Shown here in pieces: positions 10,292-20,133 of a DNA stretch of 64,000 bases. Position 1 is the first letter of the stretch. The number at the start of each line of letters is the position of its first letter. Below the pieces are notes generated by a model, which ran no database searches, was not told the origin of the DNA, and saw only the letters and a program-made list of their open reading frames with translations. The DNA comes from an uncultured Clostridia bacterium (GTDB taxonomy: Bacteria > Bacillota > Clostridia > TANB77 > CAG-508): the NCBI GenBank assembly GCA_947167965.1, contig CAMVJW010000003.1, forward strand, positions 43,875 through 107,874, read 5' to 3'. Made by a program: the position numbers and the translations under genes.

Positions 10292-10756
10292 GTGGATATG
10301 GAAAATAATTACCCAAAAGCATACAAAGAAGTTATTGAAGTATTAAAATATGTACCAGATGAAAGTGTTAATAAAATACCAAAAGAAATGATAGAAATGT
10401 TTAATGAAAAAATGGATAAAAGCTATAATTTTTCTATAGATATTACAAGGAATTTTGAAGAACAAGAATTACTAGAAGAAACGAAAGCAATTTTTGCAAA
10501 TATCTATAGGGATTATTGGGCTACTCCTGAAGAAAAAGAAGAAATACTAAAAAAGGAAGCAATAGAATGGCAAAAAATAGAAGAAGAAAAAAGATTAAAA
10601 TATAATTCAAATATTTTTGAGAAAAAAGAACACATAAAAATGAAAGAAAATAGCATAATAAAAGACAAGAATAATGAAGTACAGATTCAGGTTAAAAAAG
10701 AAACATTTTTCCAAAAAATCATAAAATTTTTTCAGAAGATATTTAAGGTTAATTAG
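10292..10756 (+). CDS. hypothetical acidic protein
   Basis: 154-aa ORF (GTG 10292 or ATG 10298), Glu/Lys-rich. No family recognised. Confidence 0.45.
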   Translation: MDMENNYPKAYKEVIEVLKYVPDESVNKIPKEMIEMFNEKMDKSYNFSIDITRNFEEQELLEETKAIFANIYRDYWATPEEKEEILKKEAIEWQKIEEEKRLKYNSNIFEKKEHIKMKENSIIKDKNNEVQIQVKKETFFQKIIKFFQKIFKVN

Positions 10757-10806
10757 AGATATGAGTATTGTAGATTTCTTTACTTAGTATTTAATTTGCG
10801 AAAGGT

Positions 10807-13434
10807 ATGATACTAATAATGAAAAAATCCGACAATGAAAATCTAAAAAAAATAGAAACATCAATATTAGAAGATAGTAAATTAAATATAGATAAACTTC
10901 TAAAAAAATATGAGAGTTCATTAGATGGTATAAGTATTATTGAAGAAGAAGAAAGAATAGACAAATATGGAAAAAATATAATAGATATAAATGAGAATAA
11001 TACATTTTGGCATAAATTAAAAGAAGCATTTATAAATCCATTCAATATTGTTTTAACAATAGTTGCTATTATTACTTTTATAACAGATGTTGCAATAGCA
11101 GTACAAAAAGATTATGCTACATTTATTCTAATTGTTAGTACTGTTTTAATATCTGCAATAATATCTTTTAGTGAACAAACAAAATCAGACAATGCAGCTA
11201 AAAAATTAAAGAAAATGATTAATAATAAAATGGATGTAATAAGAGACGGTAATGAAGTAACTATAGATATTGAAAATGTCGTGCCGGGAGATATTGTAAA
11301 ATTGTCATCAGGAGATATGATTCCAGGAGACATTAGATTTTTAGAAACGAAAGATTTATTTATAGACCAAGCATCATTAACAGGAGAATCTAATCCGGTA
11401 GAAAAGTTTTCAGATTTAAAAAAATTTGACACAATAACAGATATTTCAAATATTGGATTTATGGGAACAAATATAGTTAGTGGTAGTAGTAAAGCTATAG
11501 TATTAGCAACTGGAAATAATACTTATTTTGGTTGTATGGCAAAATCAATTTATAGTGTAGTAGAGAAAAATACATTTGAAAAAGGAATTGAGGAAATAAC
11601 AAAAATATTAATAAAATTTATGATTTTATTAGTACCAATTGTGTTAGTGGTAAACTATTTTTCAATAAAAGACATATGGTCTTCTTTAATCTTTGCAATT
11701 ACAATTGCAGTTGGATTGACTCCAGAAATGCTTCCTGTAATTACGACTTCAACACTTGCAAAAGGTGCTGTAGAAATGGCTAAAAAGAAAACAATAGTAA
11801 AAAGACTAAGTAGTATACAAACATTTGGACAGATGAGCATTTTATGTACTGATAAAACAGGAACATTAACAGAAGATAAAGTTATCCTAGAAAAATATAT
11901 GGATGCATCAGGAAAAGAGAGTTTAAGAATTTTAAAACATGCATTTTTAAACAGCTATTTTCAAACCGGATTAAAAAACTTAATAGATGTTGCAATTATT
12001 TCAAGAGCAGAAAAAGAAAATTTGAATATACTAAAAGAACAATATGAAAGACAAGATGAAATACCTTTTGATTTTTCAAGAAGAAGAATGAGTGTTGTGC
12101 TAAGGGATGAGAAGGGAAAAAGACAACTAATTACAAAAGGTGCTGTAGATGAAGTTCTCTCAATTTGTTCATATATAGATTATGATGGAAAAGTTATAAA
12201 ACTAACAGATGATATAAAAAAACAAGTATATCAGATATATGAAGAAAATAATAATGATGGACTTAGAGTATTAGCTGTAGCTCAAAAAAATGAAATACAT
12301 GATGTTAATACATTTGGAGTGCAAGATGAAAGTGATATGGTATTAATGGGTTTTGTTGGATTTTTAGATCCACCAAAAGAATCAGCAAAAAGTGCAATTA
12401 GGGCATTAAGAAAATATGGGGTTGATACAATAGTATTAACAGGAGATAGTGAAGGTGTTGCAATTAAGGTATGTCAAAAAGTAGGAATTGATACCAAAGA
12501 TGCAATTTCTGGAAAAGATATAGATAATTTTACAGATGAAGAATTAAAGAAAAAATCAAAAAAATGCCATTTATATTCAAAACTATCTCCGTTACAAAAA
12601 CAGAGAGTTGTTAGAATATTACAAGAAAATGGTAATACTGTAGGGTATATGGGAGATGGAATTAATGATAGTCCACCATTAAAGCAAGCAGATGTTGGAA
12701 TATCAGTAGACACTGCAGTTGATATTGCAAAAGAAACAGCAGATATTATATTACTTGAAAAGGATTTAAATGTTTTAGAAGAAGGTGTTATTAATGGAAG
12801 GAAAACATTTACTAATCTTTTAAAATATATAAAAATGGCAACAAGTGGAAACTTTGGAAACATGGTTTCTGTAATAATAGCAAGCATTTTTTTGCCTTTT
12901 TTACCAATGCTTCCAATTCATATATTAATTCAAAATTTATTAAATGATTTTGCGCAAATAGGTATGCCTTTTGATAATGTAGATAATGAGTATATTCAAA
13001 AGCCAAAAACATGGAATACAAATGGAATTAAAAAATTTATGTTTAATTTCGGATTAATAAGTACTGTGCTCGATGTACTATGTTTTGCAGTTTTATGGTA
13101 TATTTTTAAATATAATACAATTGAACAAGCTGTTATGTTCCAAAGTGGATGGTTCGTTTTTGGAATTCTATCACAAACATTGATTATTCATTTGATTAGG
13201 ACAAGTAAAATACCATTTATTCAGTCTAAATCTTCAAAACAATTATTAATATCAACAGTTACAATAGTTGTGGTAACCCTAATAATATCATTTACTAATA
13301 TTTCAGTTATTTTTGATTTAAGCAGATTACCATATTATTACTTTTTATGGATTGCTATTTTAATGATAATATATGCAGTATTTATTCAAGTATATAAAAG
13401 AATATATATAAAATACAATAATGAATGGTTATAA
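10807..13434 (+). CDS. mgtA: magnesium-translocating P-type ATPase
   Basis: DKTGTLT phosphorylation site, MGDGINDSPPLKQADVGISV hinge, TGES actuator motif, about 10 TM segments. Start could be ATG 10807 or 10819. Confidence 0.9.
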   Translation: MILIMKKSDNENLKKIETSILEDSKLNIDKLLKKYESSLDGISIIEEEERIDKYGKNIIDINENNTFWHKLKEAFINPFNIVLTIVAIITFITDVAIAVQKDYATFILIVSTVLISAIISFSEQTKSDNAAKKLKKMINNKMDVIRDGNEVTIDIENVVPGDIVKLSSGDMIPGDIRFLETKDLFIDQASLTGESNPVEKFSDLKKFDTITDISNIGFMGTNIVSGSSKAIVLATGNNTYFGCMAKSIYSVVEKNTFEKGIEEITKILIKFMILLVPIVLVVNYFSIKDIWSSLIFAITIAVGLTPEMLPVITTSTLAKGAVEMAKKKTIVKRLSSIQTFGQMSILCTDKTGTLTEDKVILEKYMDASGKESLRILKHAFLNSYFQTGLKNLIDVAIISRAEKENLNILKEQYERQDEIPFDFSRRRMSVVLRDEKGKRQLITKGAVDEVLSICSYIDYDGKVIKLTDDIKKQVYQIYEENNNDGLRVLAVAQKNEIHDVNTFGVQDESDMVLMGFVGFLDPPKESAKSAIRALRKYGVDTIVLTGDSEGVAIKVCQKVGIDTKDAISGKDIDNFTDEELKKKSKKCHLYSKLSPLQKQRVVRILQENGNTVGYMGDGINDSPPLKQADVGISVDTAVDIAKETADIILLEKDLNVLEEGVINGRKTFTNLLKYIKMATSGNFGNMVSVIIASIFLPFLPMLPIHILIQNLLNDFAQIGMPFDNVDNEYIQKPKTWNTNGIKKFMFNFGLISTVLDVLCFAVLWYIFKYNTIEQAVMFQSGWFVFGILSQTLIIHLIRTSKIPFIQSKSSKQLLISTVTIVVVTLIISFTNISVIFDLSRLPYYYFLWIAILMIIYAVFIQVYKRIYIKYNNEWL

Positions 13435-13870
13435 ATAAGAATAGTATTTTAATTAGAATATATATTATTTTAGGAGATAATAATGTTATGCCTGTATACA
13501 GTGATTTAGATGATATTGAAAAAACAAGGTTTGAAAATTCTGTAATAGGGCTGATGATGTAATAATGAGTAATAATCTTAAATTTAGAGGCTATATAAGT
13601 ACTATTCCAATTACTCGTTTACTAGCATTTGCGATGAATAACGAATTTAATTTGGAATATTATGATCTTATTGATCAAGAAAAAGGGAAGCTCAAAAACA
13701 AATATTAAATGATTTACTTGAAATTTCTTCTATACTAGTATAACTTGAGACCGCAAAATGTGAACTCAAATCGAATGTGGTTTTATTATAGAACTACATA
13801 GTTTAACGTCCGTAGAGAAAAATGTCAAAATTTCAAATATTTTATTTATTAACAAGTTAAAAAAAATGTA

Positions 13871-13930
13871 AATAGGGCAATGAAAAGAAATATTGAAAGA
13901 TTTCCAGAAGATTTTTGCTTTCAGTTAACT
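13871..13930 (+). pseudogene. remnant of an ORF6N/KilA-N-type domain gene
   Basis: Translates to NRAMKRNIERFPEDFCFQLT, matching the conserved (A/V)KRNxxRFPEDFMFQLT core of ORF6N-domain proteins. The upstream frame is interrupted and the downstream part runs into a hairpin. Confidence 0.35.
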
Positions 13931-13936
13931 ATAGAT

Positions 13937-13973
13937 GATAAATATCCACGGGTTTTACCCGTGGATATTTATC
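13937..13973. repeat. perfect 16-bp inverted repeat (hairpin, 5-nt loop)
   Basis: GATAAATATCCACGGG ttтta CCCGTGGATATTTATC with loop TTTTA. No adjacent T-run on either strand. Lies about 100 nt upstream of spoVT. Confidence 0.85.
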
Positions 13974-14074
13974 GTATAATTTTGTAAATTTTTGAAATAC
14001 TAACAATATAAAACAAAAATTTTCATACCATTGGTATTTGAAATTTAGATAAAATTTTTTTAAAGGAGGAAAAA

Positions 14075-14629
14075 ATGAAGGCAACAGGTGTTGTAAGAAG
14101 AATAGATGATTTAGGTAGAATTGTAATACCAAAAGAAATAAGAAAAACACTTCGTATAAAAGAAGGAGACCCTTTAGAAATATTTACAGCTAAAGAAGGA
14201 GAAATAGTATTAAAGAAATATTCTCCTATAGGGGAATTAACTCAATTTGCAGAGGAATATGCTGAAACTCTTTCAAAAACAACAGGACATATAGCATTTA
14301 TTACTGATAAAGATACAGTAATAGCAGTTTCAGGGGGATCCAAAAAAGAGTATTTAGAAAAAAATGTTAGTGATGAACTAGAGCAAATAATGGAAGATAA
14401 TGAGATATATGCAAGTAATGAAAATAATAACAAATCAGTTCCAATTACAAAAAATGGAGAAAATGAAAAAAACACAAATGCTCAAGTAATATATCCAATA
14501 GTTTCAAATGGAGATACTATAGGTACAGTTATACTGCTTTCAAAAGAATCAAACGTTAAAATGAATGATGTAGAAAAAAAACTAGCACAATCTGCAGCAA
14601 CTTTTTTAGGAAGTCAAATGGAAATATAA
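14075..14629 (+). CDS. spoVT: stage V sporulation protein T (AbrB-type SpoVT)
   Basis: MKATGVVRRIDDLGRIVIPKEIRKTLRIKEGDPLEIF swapped-hairpin N-domain plus a GAF-like C-domain, 184 aa. RBS AAAGGAGG. Confidence 0.9.
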   Translation: MKATGVVRRIDDLGRIVIPKEIRKTLRIKEGDPLEIFTAKEGEIVLKKYSPIGELTQFAEEYAETLSKTTGHIAFITDKDTVIAVSGGSKKEYLEKNVSDELEQIMEDNEIYASNENNNKSVPITKNGENEKNTNAQVIYPIVSNGDTIGTVILLSKESNVKMNDVEKKLAQSAATFLGSQMEI

Positions 14630-14631
14630 AA

Positions 14632-14680
14632 AAATGATATGAGATAAATTATAAATATTTATTTCATATCATTTTTATTA
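14632..14680. terminator. bidirectional terminator between spoVT and a convergent small ORF
   Basis: 18-bp stem AAATGATATGAGATAAAT / ATTTATTTCATATCATTT (1 mismatch), flanked by A-run and T-run. Confidence 0.6.
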
Positions 14681-14711
14681 TTATCTATTATTGTTTTTAA
14701 ATTGTATTATT

Positions 14712-14885
14712 CTATTTTTTATCAGAACTACTTTTTGGAATTACAATATTTTTTTTAGTCCCGTTATTATCATTTTCATTAATATCATCTTTATTTGATT
14801 TAATATGGTCATAAACTGTTGAAATGTCTAAATCCTTGCCTGTTCCTTCAACAATTTCAATTTTTTTATTTTCTTTTTCATCCAT
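14712..14885 (-). CDS. 57-aa acidic hypothetical protein (below the ORF-track length cut-off)
   Basis: ATG preceded by AAGGGGG with a 7-nt spacer. Translation: MDEKENKKIEIVEGTGKDLDISTVYDHIKSNKDDINENDNNGTKKNIVIPKSSSDKK. Ends at the shared terminator. Confidence 0.45.
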   Translation of the reverse strand: MDEKENKKIEIVEGTGKDLDISTVYDHIKSNKDDINENDNNGTKKNIVIPKSSSDKK

Positions 14886-14970
14886 AAGAAAACCCCCTTT
14901 AATAATTTTATAGCATAATTAATTTTAAGTTGTCAATAGAAAGTTATTTTTTTACTCATAATTCTTGAAA

Positions 14971-15033
14971 GTCTGTCCCGTTTTCAAAATAGACCTGTCC
15001 CTTTTTTAAAATGGGACTGTCCCCAAATTAAAA
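14971..15033. repeat. GGGACAG-type interspersed repeat, locus A (three tandem ~21-nt units, inverted orientation)
   Basis: GTCTGTCCCGTTTTCAAAA / TAGACCTGTCCCTTTTTTAAAA / TGGGACTGTCCCCAAATTAAAA. Same unit family as 33518..33598. Confidence 0.7.
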
Positions 15034-15145
15034 TTTGGTATAAACGAAAATATACTTACATAAAAATTATAAAAAAGTCTATACAAAAAATTTTTTTTGA
15101 TATATAATGTTTTCGTGAAAAAATGTATTCGAAAGAAGGAAAATT

Positions 15146-16633
15146 ATGAATTTAAAGAATATACTTATAGGGATAGATAATTTAAAGGCAAGAGGCAATT
15201 TAGACATAGAAATAAATGGAATAGAAAGAAATTCAAATGAAATAAAAAAAGGGTATATGTTTGTTGCAATAAAAGGTTTTACAGCTGATGGACATCAATT
15301 TATAGAAAAAGCAATTGAAAAAGGAGCAACAGCGATTGTAGCACAAAAAGGAGCGGATTTAAGTAAAATAACTATACCAGAAGATGTAGTACTTATTGTA
15401 AGTGAAAATACAAGAGAGTTTTTAGCTTTAGCTGCTTGTAATTTTTATGGCAATCCTTCAAAAAAATTAAAACTAATTGGAATTACAGGAACTAAGGGAA
15501 AAACTACAACAACATTTATGATAAAAGAAATACTGGAAAAGGCGGGAAAAAAAGTAGGGCTAATAGGTACAATTGCAACATATATTAATGGAAAAAAAAT
15601 CCAAGATTCAGATAGAACAACTCCAGAAAGTATAGAGCTTCAAAAACTATTTGCACAAATGTTAGATGCTGGAGTAGAATATGTTGTTATGGAAGTATCT
15701 TCTCAAAGCTTAAAATTACATAGAGTAGATGGATGTAATTTTGATTATGTAGCATTTACAAATTTTTCGGAAGATCATATAAGTGAAAAAGAACATCCAA
15801 ATATGGAAGACTATTTAAATTCTAAATTAAAACTTTTCAAAATGTGTAAAAAAGGTTTTGTAAATTTAGATGATTTACAAGGAAACAAAATTCCAGAAAT
15901 GTTCCCTGAAAATGAAATAATAGGATATGGAATAGATAATGCTGAAAAAAATTATGCTAAGGACATTACAATTACAAACTCATATGTTGACTTTAAATTT
16001 AAAATATCAGATAAAAATGAAAGAGTAAAAGTTGATATACCGGGTAGATTTACTGTATATAACGCACTAGCTGCGATTTGTATTTGTAAAGTTATAGGAA
16101 TTGATGGAGAAGCAATAAAACAAGCTCTTGAAAATATAAAAGTTCCAGGAAGATCAGAAATGATTGAAAATAAATTATCAATTCCAATTATGATTGATTA
16201 TGCTCATTCTCCAGAAAGCTTAGAAAATATTTTAAATGCTGTAAAAAGTTATACTAGAGGAAATGTAATTTCAGTTTTTGGATGCGGAGGAGATAGAGAT
16301 TCAAGAAAACGTCCACTAATGGGAGAAATATCGGGAAAAATTGCAGATTATACAATAATTACATCTGATAATCCTAGAACAGAAGATCCAGATAAAATAA
16401 TTGATCAAATTGAAAAGGGAATAGAAAAAACAAAAGGAAAATATGAAAAAATTACAGATAGACGTAAAGCAATAGAAAAAGCAATAAAAATAGCAACTAA
16501 GAATGATATTATTGTTTTAGCTGGAAAAGGTCATGAACCATATCAAGAAATAAATGGAGTAAAACATGATTTTGATGAACGCATAATTGTTAAAGAGATA
16601 ATTGAAAAAATGAACAAAAAAAGTAATAAATAA
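15146..16633 (+). CDS. murE: UDP-N-acetylmuramoyl-L-alanyl-D-glutamate--2,6-diaminopimelate ligase
   Basis: GITGTKGKTTT P-loop, DNPR motif (ITSDNPRTEDP), 495 aa. First gene of the dcw block. Confidence 0.95.
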   Translation: MNLKNILIGIDNLKARGNLDIEINGIERNSNEIKKGYMFVAIKGFTADGHQFIEKAIEKGATAIVAQKGADLSKITIPEDVVLIVSENTREFLALAACNFYGNPSKKLKLIGITGTKGKTTTTFMIKEILEKAGKKVGLIGTIATYINGKKIQDSDRTTPESIELQKLFAQMLDAGVEYVVMEVSSQSLKLHRVDGCNFDYVAFTNFSEDHISEKEHPNMEDYLNSKLKLFKMCKKGFVNLDDLQGNKIPEMFPENEIIGYGIDNAEKNYAKDITITNSYVDFKFKISDKNERVKVDIPGRFTVYNALAAICICKVIGIDGEAIKQALENIKVPGRSEMIENKLSIPIMIDYAHSPESLENILNAVKSYTRGNVISVFGCGGDRDSRKRPLMGEISGKIADYTIITSDNPRTEDPDKIIDQIEKGIEKTKGKYEKITDRRKAIEKAIKIATKNDIIVLAGKGHEPYQEINGVKHDFDERIIVKEIIEKMNKKSNK

Positions 16634-16724
16634 TATTAGCAAATAAAATAATTATAGAAAAAATATAAAAGAAACTTTAAGAAAAAAGGAAGGAGGAGCT
16701 TAAATTTTTATTTAAGCTATAACC

Positions 16725-17708
16725 ATGAATTTACAAACAATAAGTATTATTATAACAAGCTTTGTGGTAACAGTAATATTAGCATTTATAATTATACCAA
16801 TATTAAAGAAAATAAAAATAGGACAGATAGAAAGAGAAGATGGACCTAAATCACATCTAAAAAAACAGGGAACTCCTACAATGGGAGGGATAATATTTAT
16901 ATTATCAATTGCGATTTGCACAATAGGCACATATATATATTCAAAAGTACATGGAAATGTAGAAATAATTAAAAACCTAATTCCAATATCACTACTAATA
17001 ACTGGATTTGGAGTTATTGGATTTATAGATGATTTTAAAAAACTAGTGCTAAAAAATACAAAAGGATTAAAACCAAGTGCTAAAATGCTTGGATTATTAA
17101 TAATTTCTATATTATATGTTATATATCTTTTAAAAGTAGCAAATAGAGGTACAGCAATTATAATACCATTTTTAAAAACAGAATTTGTATTGCCATTGAT
17201 TATATATATACCACTTGCAATACTTGTAATATTATCAACAACAAATGCTGTAAATTTAACTGATGGAATTGATGGGCTATCTTCAAGTGTTTGTGCAATA
17301 ATTATAGCTTGTTTAACAGTTATTTCTATATTAAAAAATGTACCAGAAGTTACAATTATTGGATGCATTGCAGTAGGAGCAATTTTAGGATTCTTAATGT
17401 TTAATATTCATCCTGCAAAAGTAATGATGGGAGATACAGGTTCACTTTTTATTGGAGGATTAATATCAGGTATGGCATTATATTTAAAAATGCCATTAAT
17501 ACTAATTTTAATAGCATTTATACCAATTTTAGAAACAACATCTGTAATAATCCAAGTTTTATATTATAAAAAAACTGGTAATAGAATTTTTAAAATGGCT
17601 CCAATTCATCATCATTTTGAATTATCTGGATGGAATGAAAACAAGGTTGTAAGAGTATTTTCTATCATTACTCTTTTGATGTGTATTATTGGAATTTTAA
17701 TTGTATAA
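16725..17708 (+). CDS. mraY: phospho-N-acetylmuramoyl-pentapeptide transferase
   Basis: KKQGTPTMGG, NAVNLTDGIDGL, MGDTGSL and APIHHHFE motifs. 10 TM segments. Confidence 0.95.
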   Translation: MNLQTISIIITSFVVTVILAFIIIPILKKIKIGQIEREDGPKSHLKKQGTPTMGGIIFILSIAICTIGTYIYSKVHGNVEIIKNLIPISLLITGFGVIGFIDDFKKLVLKNTKGLKPSAKMLGLLIISILYVIYLLKVANRGTAIIIPFLKTEFVLPLIIYIPLAILVILSTTNAVNLTDGIDGLSSSVCAIIIACLTVISILKNVPEVTIIGCIAVGAILGFLMFNIHPAKVMMGDTGSLFIGGLISGMALYLKMPLILILIAFIPILETTSVIIQVLYYKKTGNRIFKMAPIHHHFELSGWNENKVVRVFSIITLLMCIIGILIV

Positions 17709-17786
17709 TTGATTAAATATATAGAAAGATATATAGGATATTATAAATACATATGAATCTTAAAAGATAGGAGAGTGATTATTTAG

Positions 17787-18918
17787 GTGGCAAGCAAAAA
17801 AAAGAAAAAATATTCAAGCTTTTTAGAAAATCCTATTGATTACACTTTATTGATAACTATTTTACTATTATTAACACTAGGTTTAATAATGGTTCTTTCT
17901 GCAAGTTCGCCAACATCACTTTCTGAAAGTGGAAATAGTTACAAATATTTTATAAAACAAGCTTTATTTGCTGGTGTTGGAATAGCATTTATGACTTTTA
18001 TTTCAAAAATTGATTATAGATTTTATAAAAGATTTTACAAAATAGCATATATTATAGCTATAATTTTATTAATTATGGTTTTAGTAATGGGAAAAAGAAT
18101 AAATGGTGCAAAAAGATGGCTATATTTAACAGATACTTTATCTTTTCAACCATCAGAGCTTGTAAAATTTTGTATGATAGTTTTTTATGCAGGAATATTA
18201 ACTAGAGATAAAGAAGAATTAAAGTACTTTTTTAAAGGATGGGTAAAACATCTAATTTGGGCTGTACCAATTATTGCTTTACTTCTTTTTGAACCTCACA
18301 TGAGCGGAGCAATAGTAATAACGGGAATTATAATTGTAATGATGATAATTGCTGGATGTAAGATATGGCAAATTATAGTTCCGGCGACAGCAATTGGAAT
18401 ACCAGGTTTAATTGCTTTAGTAATTAAGGCACCTTATAGATTAGCACGTGTAAGAACATTTTTAGATCCATGGAGTGATGAACTTGGTGAAGGATGGCAA
18501 GTAATTCAGAGTTTATATGCAATTGGTTCACGGTAGTTTGTTTGGTAGTGGTCTAGGTCAGAGTAAACAAAAATATTTATATTTACCAGAACCACAAAAT
18601 GATTTTATTTTTTCGGTTTTAGCAGAAGAGCTTGGATTTATAGGTTGTGTTGCAGTAATAATTTTATTTGCAATTTTTATATGGAGAGGAATTTTAATTG
18701 CTATGAAGGCTCCAGATATGTATGGTAGCTTAGTAGCTGTTGGAATTACATCAATGGTTGCAATTCAAGTAATTATAAACATTGCAGTTGTTACATCTTC
18801 TATGCCAGCTACTGGTATGCCTTTACCTTTTTTTAGTTATGGTGGAACTGCATTATTTATAATGCTCTGTGAGATGGGAGTATTGCTCAATATTTCTAGG
18901 GCGTGTAGGCGAGTCTAA
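17787..18918 (+). CDS. ftsW: SEDS protein FtsW/SpoVE, read as two ORFs (17787..18536 and 18517..18918) split at an in-frame CGG
   Basis: N-part ends ..QSLYAIGS-R-stop (TCA CGG TAG). The +1 frame continues [44 protein letters not shown]. Omitting C18531 recreates the SEDS motif AIGSGxLFGxGLGxSxQK. Confidence 0.85.
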
Positions 18919-18979
18919 ATATTAAAAATTTTAGAAGAAAATAATATATTTTCTATACTTGAAGGGAATGATTTTAAAA

Positions 18980-20095
18980 ATGAAGGTAATTATTGCTGCT
19001 GCAGGAACTGGAGGTCATATTAATCCAGCAATTTCTATAGCAAATAAAATAATGGAAGAGCAAAAAGAATCAAAAATAATATTTATTGGAACAAATCGCG
19101 GATTAGAAAATGATTTGGTTCCAAGAGCTGGATATGAGTTAAAAAGAATAGGTGCTTATGGATTAAATAAACAACTATCTGTTGAAAATATAAAAAAAAT
19201 GATTACTACCTTAAAAGGAATAACTGAAGCTAAAAAAATAATTGAAGATTTTAAACCTGATATAGTTATAGGAACAGGTGGATATATTTGCGGACCAGTT
19301 GTTGTAGCTGCTTCAAAATGCAACATTCCTGTATTATTACATGAAAGTAATGCATTTCCTGGTAAAGCAGTAAAGTATTTATCTAAAAAGGCTGATACTG
19401 TTTTGGTTTCTTTTGAAGAAGCAAAAAAGCGTATTCCTTATTGTAAAAATGTCGTTTATACAGGAACACCTGTAAAGATTAAAAAACGTAATTATTCTAT
19501 TAATGAAAAGGCAGAAATAATTAAGTCTATTGGTTTAAAAGAAACAAAACCTATTGTATTAATATTTGGGGGAAGTCAAGGGGCACAGAAAATTAATGAA
19601 GCAGTTTTAGATATTATTGAAAACAAAAAGAATAAAGACTACCAAATATTATGGGCAACAGGGCCTAAACAATATGACATAATAAAATTAGAATTAGAAG
19701 GAAATAATATAAGTATCAACAATTTAGAAAATTGTAAGATTTTGCCATATATATATAATATGGAAGAAGCAGAAAACATATGTGATTTAGTGGTATCTAG
19801 AAGTGGAGCAATGACAATAACAGAGATTGCGAATCTTTCTAAGCCCTCTATATTAATACCATTACCAAATGTTAGCAATGACCATCAAATGCATAATGCT
19901 AAAGTTTTAGAAAAAGAGCATGCTGCTGTAATTATAAATAATAGCGAAATAACTGGAGATATTTTAAATAGAAAAATTGAAAAAATCGTGCTAAATAAAG
20001 ACCTTAGCTCTACAATGGGAAATAATGCATTTAAGGTATCAAATACAAATGTTGAAGATAAAATTTATGAAGAAATATTAAAAATAGTCAAATAA
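18980..20095 (+). CDS. murG: undecaprenyldiphospho-muramoylpentapeptide beta-N-acetylglucosaminyltransferase
   Basis: MKVIIAAAGTGGHINPA N-terminus, GGSQGA, and SRSGAMTITE motifs. Confidence 0.9.
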   Translation: MKVIIAAAGTGGHINPAISIANKIMEEQKESKIIFIGTNRGLENDLVPRAGYELKRIGAYGLNKQLSVENIKKMITTLKGITEAKKIIEDFKPDIVIGTGGYICGPVVVAASKCNIPVLLHESNAFPGKAVKYLSKKADTVLVSFEEAKKRIPYCKNVVYTGTPVKIKKRNYSINEKAEIIKSIGLKETKPIVLIFGGSQGAQKINEAVLDIIENKKNKDYQILWATGPKQYDIIKLELEGNNISINNLENCKILPYIYNMEEAENICDLVVSRSGAMTITEIANLSKPSILIPLPNVSNDHQMHNAKVLEKEHAAVIINNSEITGDILNRKIEKIVLNKDLSSTMGNNAFKVSNTNVEDKIYEEILKIVK

Positions 20096-20133
20096 AACAC
20101 AAATTAGAATTAAGAGAGAAAGAAGGGAAAAAT

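Noticed and set aside
10757-10806. Possible M-box (Mg) riboswitch upstream of mgtA
   Set aside because: Only about 50 nt separate the upstream gene from mgtA, far too short for an M-box, and no conserved M-box elements are seen.
13947-13952. A sixth in-frame CGG (CCA CGG GTT) in the frame of the ORF6N remnant
   Set aside because: The remnant has already lost family similarity before this point, and the CGG is part of the 16-bp hairpin arm. It is not a translated gene, so it is excluded from the CGG count.
16712-17368. 218-aa ORF on the minus strand
   Set aside because: It lies entirely antisense to mraY, which has unambiguous family motifs. Its product is Ile/Asn/Phe-rich low complexity, as expected from reading an AT-rich gene backwards. 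The same reasoning applies to the other antisense track ORFs (e.g. 235..504, 2618..2917, 11112..11432, 12474..12887, 31419..31784, 37239..37622, 42773..43192, 62910..63443).
18517-18536. Explaining the five gene breaks as ordinary homopolymer indel errors
   Set aside because: None of the five junctions lies in a homopolymer, although long A/T runs are abundant in the same genes. All five are the same event (an extra C immediately 5' of a GGW glycine codon). A more specific artefact remains possible and is listed as an alternative in the main finding.
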